DNA from: an uncultured Fibrobacteria bacterium
GTDB taxonomy: Bacteria > Fibrobacterota > Fibrobacteria > UBA11236
Length of the DNA stretch: 64,000 nucleotides
Assembly: GCA_963716395.1 (NCBI GenBank)
Contig: OY970309.1
Coordinates: forward strand, 576,001 to 640,000
Reading direction: 5' to 3'
In this document: piece after piece, positions 8,902 to 17,867 of the stretch
Position numbering within the stretch: the stretch's first letter is position 1
How the letters are laid out: each line of letters begins with the position of its first letter
Program-made: the position numbers and the translations under genes
The notes under the pieces: generated by a model
Seen by the model: the letters and a program-made list of their open reading frames with translations, nothing else
What the model was told of the DNA's origin: nothing
Database searches by the model: none

Positions 8902-11652
8902 ATGACTGAAATCATTCGTTTTGAAGAAGATTGGGAGTTTCGCTTCGACGCCCTCGACGCCGGCCTCATCGATCAATGGCATCGGCACAAACCCGACAAT
9001 CTGCGCAAGGTGAAGTTGCCCCATCTCTTCGCCCAGGAAGCGAACCCCGAGAACGCTTTTATCGGCTATTACTTCAAGGAATTCTCTTTTGATAAAAAAG
9101 ACGCGGCCAAGCGATTTCTGCTGCGGCTGCACATGCCCCACCCCCATTGCATGGTCTGGCTCAACGGAGTGGATTTGGGAACGCGGGTCATCGGCCACGT
9201 GCCTTTCGACGTCGACGCCAGCAAAGCCCTCAAGCCCGCCGGCCCGAATCTGCTGGTGATCCGCGTGCAGGGGTTGGATCGGCAGGGAAAAATCCAGGAT
9301 ATGCCCGGATCCGAATTGCCCTTGGGTGCGCCCTATCAGAAAGGGCATTATGCCGGCTTGCTGGGGCCCGTGGATTTGATTCCCGGCATCAAGGCCATCA
9401 TCCGTTCGGTGAATGTGCTGCCCGATTACGAAGCCGATCGCATCACCGTCGAGACCCGTTTTATCAACAGCAAGAGCTTCCAATCCGAAGTGGCGTTCGC
9501 CATCACCAATCCCGCGGGCGAAACCGGCGTGCTGGTGAAGAATGTGCGGCTCGACCGGGAGAACGGAATTTTTTCGCTGAATCTCCAATTCGAGAGCAGC
9601 AAGGTGTGGAGTCCCGCCGACCCGGTTCTTTACACCTTGCAGGTGTCGGTTCCGGGGTCACCGGTGGCGAAGGTGCGCTTCGGCATGCGGGGCGTCGAAG
9701 TCGACAAAGGCAGCTTCAAGCTCAACCACGCCACCTTCAAGGTTCGGGGCGTGGGCTTTGCGCAGTTTTACCCCTTTCACCACGGCCTGCCGGCTTTTCC
9801 CGCCGACCTGCGGCATGAATTGCAGACCTTGAAAGATGCCGGGTTCAACCTCATTCGCGGATCCGGGGCTCCCTTGCCCCCGGCCGTACTCGAAATCTGC
9901 GACGAAATGGGACTGCTGGTGCTGCAGGAAACCTCTTGCTTCAACCAGAAATCAAGCAAAGAAGGCCTGGATTGTGTCAAACAACAAATCCAGGCTTTGG
10001 TCGACCGCGATGGCCACCACCCCTGCATCTTCGGCTGGGTCATGGGGTCCGAAAACGGATCCCTGGTGCTGGAAAACGGCAATAAGCTGCTGCGCTTCAC
10101 GGCCGAATGCGATCCCACCCGGCCGGTATTTTCCAACCTGGGTTCGGTTTACCTCGACGCGTTGGGCGGCGGCAAAATCGATTTGGGCAAGGTCTACGAA
10201 CCGCTGGCCGCACAGATTTCCCCCTTCGAAGGTCACAAAATCCGCTTGAACTATCCCGTGGCGCAACGCACCTACGCCATGCTCTCGGGCTATTGCTCGT
10301 CCAAAGAAGGCAAGGCCATCGCCGACGGCATCCACGGCAACAAAAGTTTTTGGGAACGTTACAATTATCTCAAAGACGAAGTGGCGGGCAAGGTGCTCGT
10401 CGACGGCATCGGGGTACCAGCTTACGGCCGCCCTGCCGCGCTGCTCGAAACCGCGAAAAAATTTTCGGGATCCCAGGATTACAAAGACCTGAACAAGTGG
10501 TTGCAGGAACTGGGAACCTCCTTGAAAGAGAAGGGGCTCGACTTCTGCAAAGACGTCGACGATTTTTTCGTCGCGGCCGACGCGCTGGGCCGCGAGGCGG
10601 TGGCCCGCCAAATCGAAGCCCTGTTCACCAACCCGCAAATTTCCGGGTACCTCGTGGAAGCCTACGGCGATTACGGCCTGCACTTCACCGGCCTGGCGGA
10701 CTGGACGCGTGCGCCCAAGACGGCGCTGCTCGAAACCTTTCGGCGCGTGAACCGGCCCATCCACGTCTTCGCCGAAGCCGAAGAACGCACGCCCTACGCA
10801 GGTTCTTCGGCGGCCATCAAGGTGCATCTATTCAACGAAGGCCTGCTGGGAGACTACGCCATTCAATTTCGCGTCAAAGGTCCGAATGGCCGGGTCTGGC
10901 ACCAGGAATCGCAGAACGGAAAGGCCCGGGCCGGTATCAACGCCGTGGGCCGGTTCAAATTTCCCGTGGGGTTCGAACGCGGGCGCTTCACTTTCGACCT
11001 CACCTTGACCCGGCAGGGCAAAGAAGCCGGCAAGGCCGAAGAGGTGTTCTTCGTGCCCCCCGAGGTCAAGCTCGACGCGGTTTTGAAAAAGGTCACCTTG
11101 CTGGGAAATTTTCCCGACGCGGTTTCGTATTCGACCCAGGAAGACGCGCCCATCTCGGTGGCTTCGGGCATGGGCGATATTCCCGAAGACGCGTTGCGCC
11201 AAGCCCTGAAGCGCACGGAGAACGGCGGATCTCTGATTCTGGGCCCGCTGGCCGAAGAAGACATGCGCAAATTCAATGCCTTCAAAGCGTGGAACGCCGA
11301 TCTCACCTGCTTCCGTTCCAGCGGCGGGCCGCAAGGAAATTTCCACTATCTCCTGCCGAGTCCGGCCTTCAAGGATTTGCCGGGGCCGGGTCTGCTGGAT
11401 CAGACCTACGCCGACGTGCAGCCGCAATGGAGCCTCGATCATGTACCGCCCGGTGAAACGCATGCGGGCAGCCTCAACTTCGTCACCACGCCCGGCACCA
11501 AAGGCAAAATCCGCTGGGGCGTCGACCTGGCCGTGGCCCCCCTCGGCAAAGGTAAGGTGATTTTCTGCCAATATGATTTGTTCGGAAAGTTGGGCAAGAA
11601 CGCCTTGGCCGATGCCCTGTTCGCCAATTTGATTCAACAGTTGGCCCGTTAA
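8902..11652 (+). CDS. Glycoside hydrolase family 2-like protein (no signal peptide, catalytic motifs divergent)
   Basis: WSPADPVLYTL, RFGMRGVEV..FKLN, LKDAGFNLIR, ICDEMGLLVLQE, RDGHHPCIFGWVMGSE, DPTRPV. Confidence 0.8.
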   Translation: MTEIIRFEEDWEFRFDALDAGLIDQWHRHKPDNLRKVKLPHLFAQEANPENAFIGYYFKEFSFDKKDAAKRFLLRLHMPHPHCMVWLNGVDLGTRVIGHVPFDVDASKALKPAGPNLLVIRVQGLDRQGKIQDMPGSELPLGAPYQKGHYAGLLGPVDLIPGIKAIIRSVNVLPDYEADRITVETRFINSKSFQSEVAFAITNPAGETGVLVKNVRLDRENGIFSLNLQFESSKVWSPADPVLYTLQVSVPGSPVAKVRFGMRGVEVDKGSFKLNHATFKVRGVGFAQFYPFHHGLPAFPADLRHELQTLKDAGFNLIRGSGAPLPPAVLEICDEMGLLVLQETSCFNQKSSKEGLDCVKQQIQALVDRDGHHPCIFGWVMGSENGSLVLENGNKLLRFTAECDPTRPVFSNLGSVYLDALGGGKIDLGKVYEPLAAQISPFEGHKIRLNYPVAQRTYAMLSGYCSSKEGKAIADGIHGNKSFWERYNYLKDEVAGKVLVDGIGVPAYGRPAALLETAKKFSGSQDYKDLNKWLQELGTSLKEKGLDFCKDVDDFFVAADALGREAVARQIEALFTNPQISGYLVEAYGDYGLHFTGLADWTRAPKTALLETFRRVNRPIHVFAEAEERTPYAGSSAAIKVHLFNEGLLGDYAIQFRVKGPNGRVWHQESQNGKARAGINAVGRFKFPVGFERGRFTFDLTLTRQGKEAGKAEEVFFVPPEVKLDAVLKKVTLLGNFPDAVSYSTQEDAPISVASGMGDIPEDALRQALKRTENGGSLILGPLAEEDMRKFNAFKAWNADLTCFRSSGGPQGNFHYLLPSPAFKDLPGPGLLDQTYADVQPQWSLDHVPPGETHAGSLNFVTTPGTKGKIRWGVDLAVAPLGKGKVIFCQYDLFGKLGKNALADALFANLIQQLAR

Positions 11653-11706
11653 CGGCACTTCCGATCCGAATTTTTTTCAGGATGGAATTTTGGTAGGTTC
11701 CTGATC

Positions 11707-12258
11707 ATGGCTGCGCCTCTCCTATCCATCCCCTTCCTGCGCGCCGGCGGCAGTGAAACCAGCCTGGCCGAATTCGCCGGCCGGGTCGTGCTCGTCGTCA
11801 ATGTCGCCTCCAAATGCGGCTTTACTCCGCAATACCAGGGCCTGCAAAACCTGTATGCGCGCTATCGCGATCGCGGCCTCATGGTGGTCGGCTTTCCGGC
11901 CAATGATTTTCTGCGGCAGGAACCCGGCACCGATGCGGAGATCCAACAATTCTGCCGCGTGAACTATGGCGTTGAATTTCCGGTCTTCGCCAAAATCATC
12001 GTCAAAGGCGACGGGCAGCACCCGCTTTATGCCGCTCTCACTTCCGCCCTGCCCGAGGCCGAAACCTCCGACGGCCTGCTCGACAAGGTGAAAAATCTTG
12101 CGCGCTTCGGGAGCAAAGGCCACGGCGACATTTCCTGGAACTTCGAAAAATTCCTGATCGACCGCGTGGGAAAGGCCGTGCGGCGCTTCGCTCCGGGCAT
12201 CAAGCCCGAAGATGAACGTCTGATCGCCGCCCTGGAAGCGGAGCTAAAACGGGCTTGA
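11707..12258 (+). CDS. Glutathione peroxidase family protein
   Basis: VNVASKCGFTPQY, GFPANDF..QEPG, ISWNFEKFLIDR. Confidence 0.92.
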   Translation: MAAPLLSIPFLRAGGSETSLAEFAGRVVLVVNVASKCGFTPQYQGLQNLYARYRDRGLMVVGFPANDFLRQEPGTDAEIQQFCRVNYGVEFPVFAKIIVKGDGQHPLYAALTSALPEAETSDGLLDKVKNLARFGSKGHGDISWNFEKFLIDRVGKAVRRFAPGIKPEDERLIAALEAELKRA

Positions 12259-12275
12259 CCCGGATCGGGTTTTTT
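12258..12275 (+). terminator. Probable short terminator after the peroxidase gene
   Basis: ACCCG-GAT-CGGGT followed by TTTTT. Confidence 0.5.
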
Positions 12276-12281
12276 CGCGCA

Positions 12282-13283
12282 TCAATTCTTCTTTTTCGAC
12301 TTGGCCGCGGATTTTCCGCCCTTGCTTTTGGTCTTGCCGCCGGCCTTGTGACCACCCGCCGGCGCGCCTTTTTCTGCCGCATTTCCAACCACAGTGGATG
12401 AGTCGGTCCCCGCCGTCTTGGCGCCGGACGAAACCGTTTGCGATGAATCGCGCAGGCTGTCGGGCCGCGCCGCCGAATCGGGAACGGGCGTAACGGAACG
12501 GCCCGAGTCGGCGACCACCGTATCGCTTCGGGCAGCGGCCGACTCTTCATTCAAGTATTGTCCCAAAGCGCCCGCATCACCGCCCTGCACGGGATTGGGA
12601 TCCAGCAGCACATATTCGGCCGCGCCGCGCAGCGGCTTTTTGCCGAGCAATTCCCAGTCGCTGTTCAGGGTTTTAACCCACTCGATCGTCCAGATTTCCT
12701 TGCTCGTTCGCGACGTCCACCACGCCTGGGGATCGAAATCCGGCGTCTCGGCGCCGTACACGAACACCACCGGCGACCCGCCGGCGAAGCGCCGGTAAAT
12801 TCGGCGCGCACGCGCCGTGTGGTACTCCGAAGTGATGAGCAGCAAGGTGTCGATGCCCAAAAGCCGCGCCTGCTTGATCAGGACTTCGGCCTCTTCGGCC
12901 GTGGAGGTGGCTTCGTTGGGCAAGGTGAACAGGCGATCGCGGGGAAAACCCTTGGCGCGCAACAGTTGCGAGGAAAATTCCGACTCGTAATGGGTTTTGA
13001 AGGTGCGCGGCCCGGAGAGAATCAGACTGTCGAAGCGGCCGTCTTGAAACAGACGAAAGGCCGCTTCGCTACGCTCCATATCGCGGCCCTCGCCGGCCAA
13101 CACCGCGGCCCAACGCACATGCGCCGGCAGGGGATCGGTATGCACCAGCCAGGTTCCCGACCTCCACAGGCACACGGCGACGACGGCCGCCAACGTCACG
13201 GCCGCGAAGTAAAACCACGTCACCGCCCGCATTCCGGTGAGGCGCTTGGGCGGGCGTACGGGAGTGCGGGTGCGGATGGGCAA
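12282..13283 (-). CDS. YdcF/DUF218 (ElyC/SanA-like) membrane-anchored protein with low-complexity Lys-rich tail
   Basis: N-terminal TM helix, ATSTAEEA, LLITSEYHTARAR. Start is either TTG 13283 or ATG 13232. Confidence 0.75.
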   Translation of the reverse strand: MPIRTRTPVRPPKRLTGMRAVTWFYFAAVTLAAVVAVCLWRSGTWLVHTDPLPAHVRWAAVLAGEGRDMERSEAAFRLFQDGRFDSLILSGPRTFKTHYESEFSSQLLRAKGFPRDRLFTLPNEATSTAEEAEVLIKQARLLGIDTLLLITSEYHTARARRIYRRFAGGSPVVFVYGAETPDFDPQAWWTSRTSKEIWTIEWVKTLNSDWELLGKKPLRGAAEYVLLDPNPVQGGDAGALGQYLNEESAAARSDTVVADSGRSVTPVPDSAARPDSLRDSSQTVSSGAKTAGTDSSTVVGNAAEKGAPAGGHKAGGKTKSKGGKSAAKSKKKN

Positions 13284-13285
13284 GG

Positions 13286-13771
13286 TTAGGATGCGGCGTC
13301 GATCACGCGCACCTTCATCGCCACCGGGTTGACGGGGTTGTCGCGGTGATCGGTTGGTTCGGCCACGATGGCGTCAACCACCTCCAGGCCGCCGATCACC
13401 TTGCCGAAGGCGGTGTATTGTCCGTCGAGATGGGGCGCATCGTCGACTACGATGAAGAACTGCGAAGAGGCCGAATCGGGATGCGCCGAACGCGCCATGG
13501 AGACGACGCCGCGCACATGCGGCGTCTGCGAAAACTCGGCCTTCAGGTTCTTCCCGCTGCCGCCGGTGCCGTGCAGCCGGCGGTCGCCTTGGCGGCTGTT
13601 GGGATCGCCGCCCTGGATCATGAATTCGGGAATCACGCGATGGAACAGGGTGTCGTCGTAAAACCCCTGCTGCGCGAGATCGATAAAGTTGCGGACATGC
13701 CCGGGCGCACAGTCTTCGAAGAATTCCAAAGTGATGTCGCCGAGGCGGGTGGAAAGTACGGCTTGGGTCAT
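13286..13771 (-). CDS. Cyclophilin-type peptidyl-prolyl cis-trans isomerase
   Basis: GFYDDTLFHRVIPEFMIQGGDP, SMARSAHPDSASSQFFI, LDGQYTAFGKV. The real start is MTQAVL at 13771. Confidence 0.92.
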   Translation of the reverse strand: MTQAVLSTRLGDITLEFFEDCAPGHVRNFIDLAQQGFYDDTLFHRVIPEFMIQGGDPNSRQGDRRLHGTGGSGKNLKAEFSQTPHVRGVVSMARSAHPDSASSQFFIVVDDAPHLDGQYTAFGKVIGGLEVVDAIVAEPTDHRDNPVNPVAMKVRVIDAAS

Positions 13772-13776
13772 GCGCG

Positions 13777-14907
13777 TCAATGTAAAAAGCCCGGGGCCGG
13801 TGGCAAATCCCGGCGCAGGCGCAGCGCGAACAGCAATGCGTCTTCGCCGGTGTCGGCATAGTAACCCCGCCGTATCCCTTGCTCGGTGAAACCGGCCGCA
13901 CGGTACCAGGCGAGGGCGGGCGCATTGCCGCGGCGTACTTCGAGATGCACCGCGCGGATTCCGGCCAGGGACAGGTCTTCGCGCAGCGACGCCAGCAGGG
14001 CGCGCCCCAGGCCGCGGCGGCGGAAAACCGGGTCCACGCCCGCGATCAGAATTTCGGCTTCGTCGGCGACGGTTCCCGCGCCGAGATAGCCGGCGAGGCG
14101 ACCCGAGGACGTTTCCTCGGCCACCCAACCCCGGCGCTCCAATCCGTCCCCGGCCAGCGAAGTCACCGCGTCCTCGGTCCAAGGCAGCGGATTGCAAACC
14201 CGCTCCAGGGCCGCCACCGCGGACGAATCGGCGGGGCGCAACGGCCGGATGGTGAATCCCGCCGGCGCGGCGTTCGCGGCCGCTTTGGCTTCGGCCGCCG
14301 ATGGCTGGAGATAATAGGGACGAAGAGGGCCCTCCCCCGTCTCGCGCGCGTGGCGTATCACCCGGGCGACGTCCCAGGTGTCGTGCACGCAGGTCAAAGA
14401 CCCGTACACCGCGGCGGCCGACCGTAACTCCTCGGTTTCGTGGGATGCGATGAGATCGGCGTCGGGACCGCCCCGGCGCCTTAGGCCGTCGGCATCGACC
14501 ACGACTCCGGGATCGTGCAACCCTTCGGCGGCATAGAACCGGCCGGCATTGGCCGGAATCGCCGCTACTGCACGCCGGCCCGGCGCGGAATCGCGCGACA
14601 GCAGCAGGGCCGCGAAGGAAGTGAAGCCAAACATCGGCAGGCCGCGCGGCCAAGCCAACCCTTGCACAAAAGCCAGGGCAATACGGATGCCGGTGAAGCT
14701 GCCGGGGCCCACGCCCACGCACACCCATTCGAGATCCGAAAAGGCGCCGCCGGCTTGCCGCAACCCCTGTTCGACCCAATCGCCCACGTCGTCATGCCGC
14801 GTTCGGGGCGGACGCCAAAGGCGCGAGCGCACACCGAGATCCGCGTCCACGGCCGCGGCGAATCCCGCCTGGGACAGATCGAGCAGCAGACCTACGACCC
14901 GGGCCAC
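13777..14907 (-). CDS. tsaB: TsaB (t6A complex dimerization subunit) fused to RimI-type N-acetyltransferase
   Basis: N-terminal VGVGPGSFTGIRI. C-terminal GNAT with RRRGLGRALL, LEVRRGNAPALAWY, GFTEQGIRRGYY. Confidence 0.8.
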   Translation of the reverse strand: MARVVGLLLDLSQAGFAAAVDADLGVRSRLWRPPRTRHDDVGDWVEQGLRQAGGAFSDLEWVCVGVGPGSFTGIRIALAFVQGLAWPRGLPMFGFTSFAALLLSRDSAPGRRAVAAIPANAGRFYAAEGLHDPGVVVDADGLRRRGGPDADLIASHETEELRSAAAVYGSLTCVHDTWDVARVIRHARETGEGPLRPYYLQPSAAEAKAAANAAPAGFTIRPLRPADSSAVAALERVCNPLPWTEDAVTSLAGDGLERRGWVAEETSSGRLAGYLGAGTVADEAEILIAGVDPVFRRRGLGRALLASLREDLSLAGIRAVHLEVRRGNAPALAWYRAAGFTEQGIRRGYYADTGEDALLFALRLRRDLPPAPGFLH

Positions 14908-15935
14908 CGCCGCAGGCTTTCGTCGAGGATGCGCGATAACAGGTCGGGATAGGAAAGGCCGGCGTGGGCCGCTTGCTGCGGCAGAAACGATTGGGGGGTA
15001 AAGCCGGGCAGGTTGTTGGTTTCCAACACGAACAGATCCTTTCCGGTCCAGATGAGGTCGGTGCGGCTATACACCGAGAGCCGCAGGGCGTGGTGGCTGC
15101 GCAGCGCCAGGTCTTGCGCCTGGGCCAGGACCTCATCGGGAAATTCGGCCGGAGTGATTTCTTGCGTGCGCCCCTTTTGGTATTTGGCCGCAAAGGAAAA
15201 ATAGGCGTCTTGCAGCGGCCGGATTTCGGTGGGCGCGAAGGCCCCGAAGCCGTCGAGCACGCCGCAGGTGGCTTCGCGGCCCGGCACGAAACTTTCCACC
15301 AAAATCCGCGGACTGGCGCGGCCGATTTCAGCCACCGCTTCTTCCAAGGAGCGACGATCGCGCGCGATGGCCACGCCCAAACTGGAACCGCCGGTGGGGT
15401 GCTTGACCACGGCCGGCAAGCCGATTTCCCGCTCCACCCGATCCGCTCCCGCCGCGCCGAACGCGGCGGCTTCCAGGACCAGCCAGGGGGCGGTGGGAAT
15501 GCCGTGCGCGCGGTAAGACTGCTTGGCCAGAATTTTATCCATGGCCAGGGCCGATCCCACACTGCCGCTGCCCGTGAAGGGCTGGCCGGCCATTTCCAAA
15601 AATCCCTGCAAGCGTCCGTCTTCGCCACCCACGCCGTGCAGCCCCAATAAAAAAATTTCCGCTTCGGGAAAACGCGCGAAGCGGGGAAAGCGGGCGCGGT
15701 TCCAATCTGGCGGCGGAACATGCAGCCAGGCTTCCGCTTGCTTCGGCGTCACAGCGACCGCGCCGGTATCGGCCGCGGGCCACAACCATTCGTTATCCCG
15801 CGAGATCAGAACGGGAAATCCACGCCAACGATTGGGGTCGAGATTCGCCAACAGGCCGCAGCCCGAAGCCAGCGAAACGGAATGTTCGGGGGAAATGCCC
15901 CCCATCAACACCGCGACGCGAGACAGTGCCGGCAC
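14892..15935 (-). CDS. ddl: D-alanine--D-alanine ligase
   Basis: VAVLMGGISPEHSVSLAS, LHGVGGEDGRLQG, AMDK, GSSLGV, LETNNLPGFT. Confidence 0.93.
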   Translation of the reverse strand: MPALSRVAVLMGGISPEHSVSLASGCGLLANLDPNRWRGFPVLISRDNEWLWPAADTGAVAVTPKQAEAWLHVPPPDWNRARFPRFARFPEAEIFLLGLHGVGGEDGRLQGFLEMAGQPFTGSGSVGSALAMDKILAKQSYRAHGIPTAPWLVLEAAAFGAAGADRVEREIGLPAVVKHPTGGSSLGVAIARDRRSLEEAVAEIGRASPRILVESFVPGREATCGVLDGFGAFAPTEIRPLQDAYFSFAAKYQKGRTQEITPAEFPDEVLAQAQDLALRSHHALRLSVYSRTDLIWTGKDLFVLETNNLPGFTPQSFLPQQAAHAGLSYPDLLSRILDESLRRWPGS

Positions 15936-15941
15936 ACGCGT

Positions 15942-16148
15942 TCAGATTTCGAGCACGCTGCCCATGGGGTCGTCGGAGCTGTTGAAGTCTTCGAGGAAAT
16001 ACGAATACCCCTCGGCGTCTTGGGTATAGCCCTGAGAGACGTATTGCTGAAAGAAATAGCGTAGCGCCGCGTCGCGCGAATCCATTTCCACCACCTGATG
16101 GATCAGCGCAGGTTTGGCGGAGACAAAAGCAATTGCAAAGCGGGCCAT
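15942..16148 (-). CDS. Small hypothetical protein (68 aa)
   Basis: Natural-looking composition, lies directly upstream of ddl, and has a -10-like TATCTT 6 nt before the ATG. Confidence 0.6.
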   Translation of the reverse strand: MARFAIAFVSAKPALIHQVVEMDSRDAALRYFFQQYVSQGYTQDAEGYSYFLEDFNSSDDPMGSVLEI

Positions 16149-16240
16149 GCCACAAAGATACACCACAATCCGCCCCGTTTTCCAAAAAAATCGGATCGGC
16201 GGCCTTGTTTTTGCTTATTACAACATGGCATTCTGGAAAC

Positions 16241-16393
16241 ATGCAGGAAGAGGAGCTGCGGCAACGCGCGGCCGATCTCGAAAGCCGGCTGCGGGCGGGG
16301 TTGGTCCTGAGCCGCGCCGAACAAATTCTCTTGCTCACCGCCTATCTCGTCTTGGCGCGCACGCGTCGCGAATTGAAATACGGGCATGCCTGA
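16241..16393 (+). CDS. Small hypothetical protein (50 aa, helical)
   Basis: MQEEELRQRAADLESRLRAG...; its stop overlaps the start of the GT9 gene. Confidence 0.5.
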   Translation: MQEEELRQRAADLESRLRAGLVLSRAEQILLLTAYLVLARTRRELKYGHA

Positions 16394-17846
16394 TTCCGAT
16401 CTGCTGCTCTTCATGCCCCATAACCCCGGGGACGTGGTCATGGCCTTGCATGTCGCGGCCGAATGGCGGCGGCGGTTTCCCGCGGCGCCGATTGATTTCA
16501 TCACCGGTGAAGAATGTCGCGACCTAGTCGGACACGTTCCCATGCTCCGTGCGGTCTCGGCTTTGCCCGGACCGGCCTGGCGTGGATTGCAGGGGTCGGG
16601 AAATTTTTCCGGCGCCGTGCAGGCCGTGTCGCAATGGATTACGGATCTGGAAAACCTCCGCTACGGGTTGGCCGTTAACCTGTTTCAAGGTCGTCTGGGT
16701 GGGCTGGTGCAAAGTTTCGTTTCCGCCGATCGCAAAATCGGGCTGGAGCTCAAAGACGGCAGCCGCTTCGAATTCGGATCGCGCGTTCTGGAACATCTGG
16801 CCGCGGTGCCGGCCCAGCGCGAGGGAAACCCTTTTCATGCGGTCGATCTCTATCGCCTGGCCGTGGCCGAGGCCCTGGGTCTACCCTGGAATCACGACCT
16901 CGCCCAGCGGCCGATTTTCGACCTGCCTCCCAGTCCCGCGCCCTTTCCCCATCGCGGCTTTTTGCTGCTGCATCCGGGCGCGGCCTTTCCGGGCAAACGC
17001 TGGCCGGCCGTGCGCTGGATTCGCCTGGCGCAGCTTTGCCTCGCAGCCGGCGAACGCTTGGTCTTCACCGGCTCCGCAGAAGAAAAGAACTTCGTGGGGT
17101 CTATCGTGGCGGCGCTGCCTTCCGGCCAGTCCGTAGAGTATGCGGATCTCAGCGGTGCCACCACCTTGCGTTCGGTGGCCGCACTGTGCGGCGCGGCGCG
17201 GCAGGTGGTATGCGGAGACACGGCCGTCATGCATCTGGCCGCGGCTGTGGGCACGCCGGTGCTGGCCCTGTTCGGGCCCAGCAATCCGGTTGAAACCGGG
17301 CCGTATGGGCTCGGTCATCGCGTGATCCAAACCCGGTTTTCCTTTGCCGCCGATTTGCACTTCGAAGATCCCTGCCCGGAACTGGAAGCGCTGCCGGCCG
17401 AAGCCGTGGCCGACCTGCTCCTGCACGATTCCGCCGCAGGTTTGCCGGCCGGATCCGTCTGGCGCACCGATTGGGATATGGCGACCGGCATGCAAATTCT
17501 GCGCGATCGGCTGGGCCGGCTGCATCCTTTTCAGACGGACATGCAAACTTGGCTGCGTGTGCTGACTCACCCGCCGGCGGCCGCACCCGAAACCGCCCTG
17601 GGGCGCGCGTTGGATGCCGCCCAATCTTCGCCCAACCGTGACAACTTAAATTTGCTTGAAAAAGAGGAGCGCCGTTGGGCGGAGCAAACCGGCACCTCGT
17701 TGGTATGGGAGGCCTACCGCATCGCCTTAAACGGGCTACCGGTGCTGCCGTTGCCCCGGCATTTGCACTTGCGGGCGCAGCGCTGGCGGCGCGCCTGTGG
17801 CGAAACGGGGAATTTGCACATTGTTTCCCAACCGTCCATGGGGTAA
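16386..17846 (+). CDS. Glycosyltransferase family 9 (heptosyltransferase-like) with C-terminal extension
   Basis: PGDVVMA, LLHPGAAFPGKRWP, VCGDTAVMHLAAAVGTPVLALFGPSNP. Confidence 0.85.
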   Translation: MPDSDLLLFMPHNPGDVVMALHVAAEWRRRFPAAPIDFITGEECRDLVGHVPMLRAVSALPGPAWRGLQGSGNFSGAVQAVSQWITDLENLRYGLAVNLFQGRLGGLVQSFVSADRKIGLELKDGSRFEFGSRVLEHLAAVPAQREGNPFHAVDLYRLAVAEALGLPWNHDLAQRPIFDLPPSPAPFPHRGFLLLHPGAAFPGKRWPAVRWIRLAQLCLAAGERLVFTGSAEEKNFVGSIVAALPSGQSVEYADLSGATTLRSVAALCGAARQVVCGDTAVMHLAAAVGTPVLALFGPSNPVETGPYGLGHRVIQTRFSFAADLHFEDPCPELEALPAEAVADLLLHDSAAGLPAGSVWRTDWDMATGMQILRDRLGRLHPFQTDMQTWLRVLTHPPAAAPETALGRALDAAQSSPNRDNLNLLEKEERRWAEQTGTSLVWEAYRIALNGLPVLPLPRHLHLRAQRWRRACGETGNLHIVSQPSMG

Positions 17847-17867
17847 AATTCGAGTATCGGTTTTCCC

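Noticed and set aside
13772-14779. Long N-terminal extension of the cyclophilin ORF (497 aa in the track)
   Set aside because: Arg/Gly-rich off-frame overlap with tsaB-rimI. The real gene starts at 13771.
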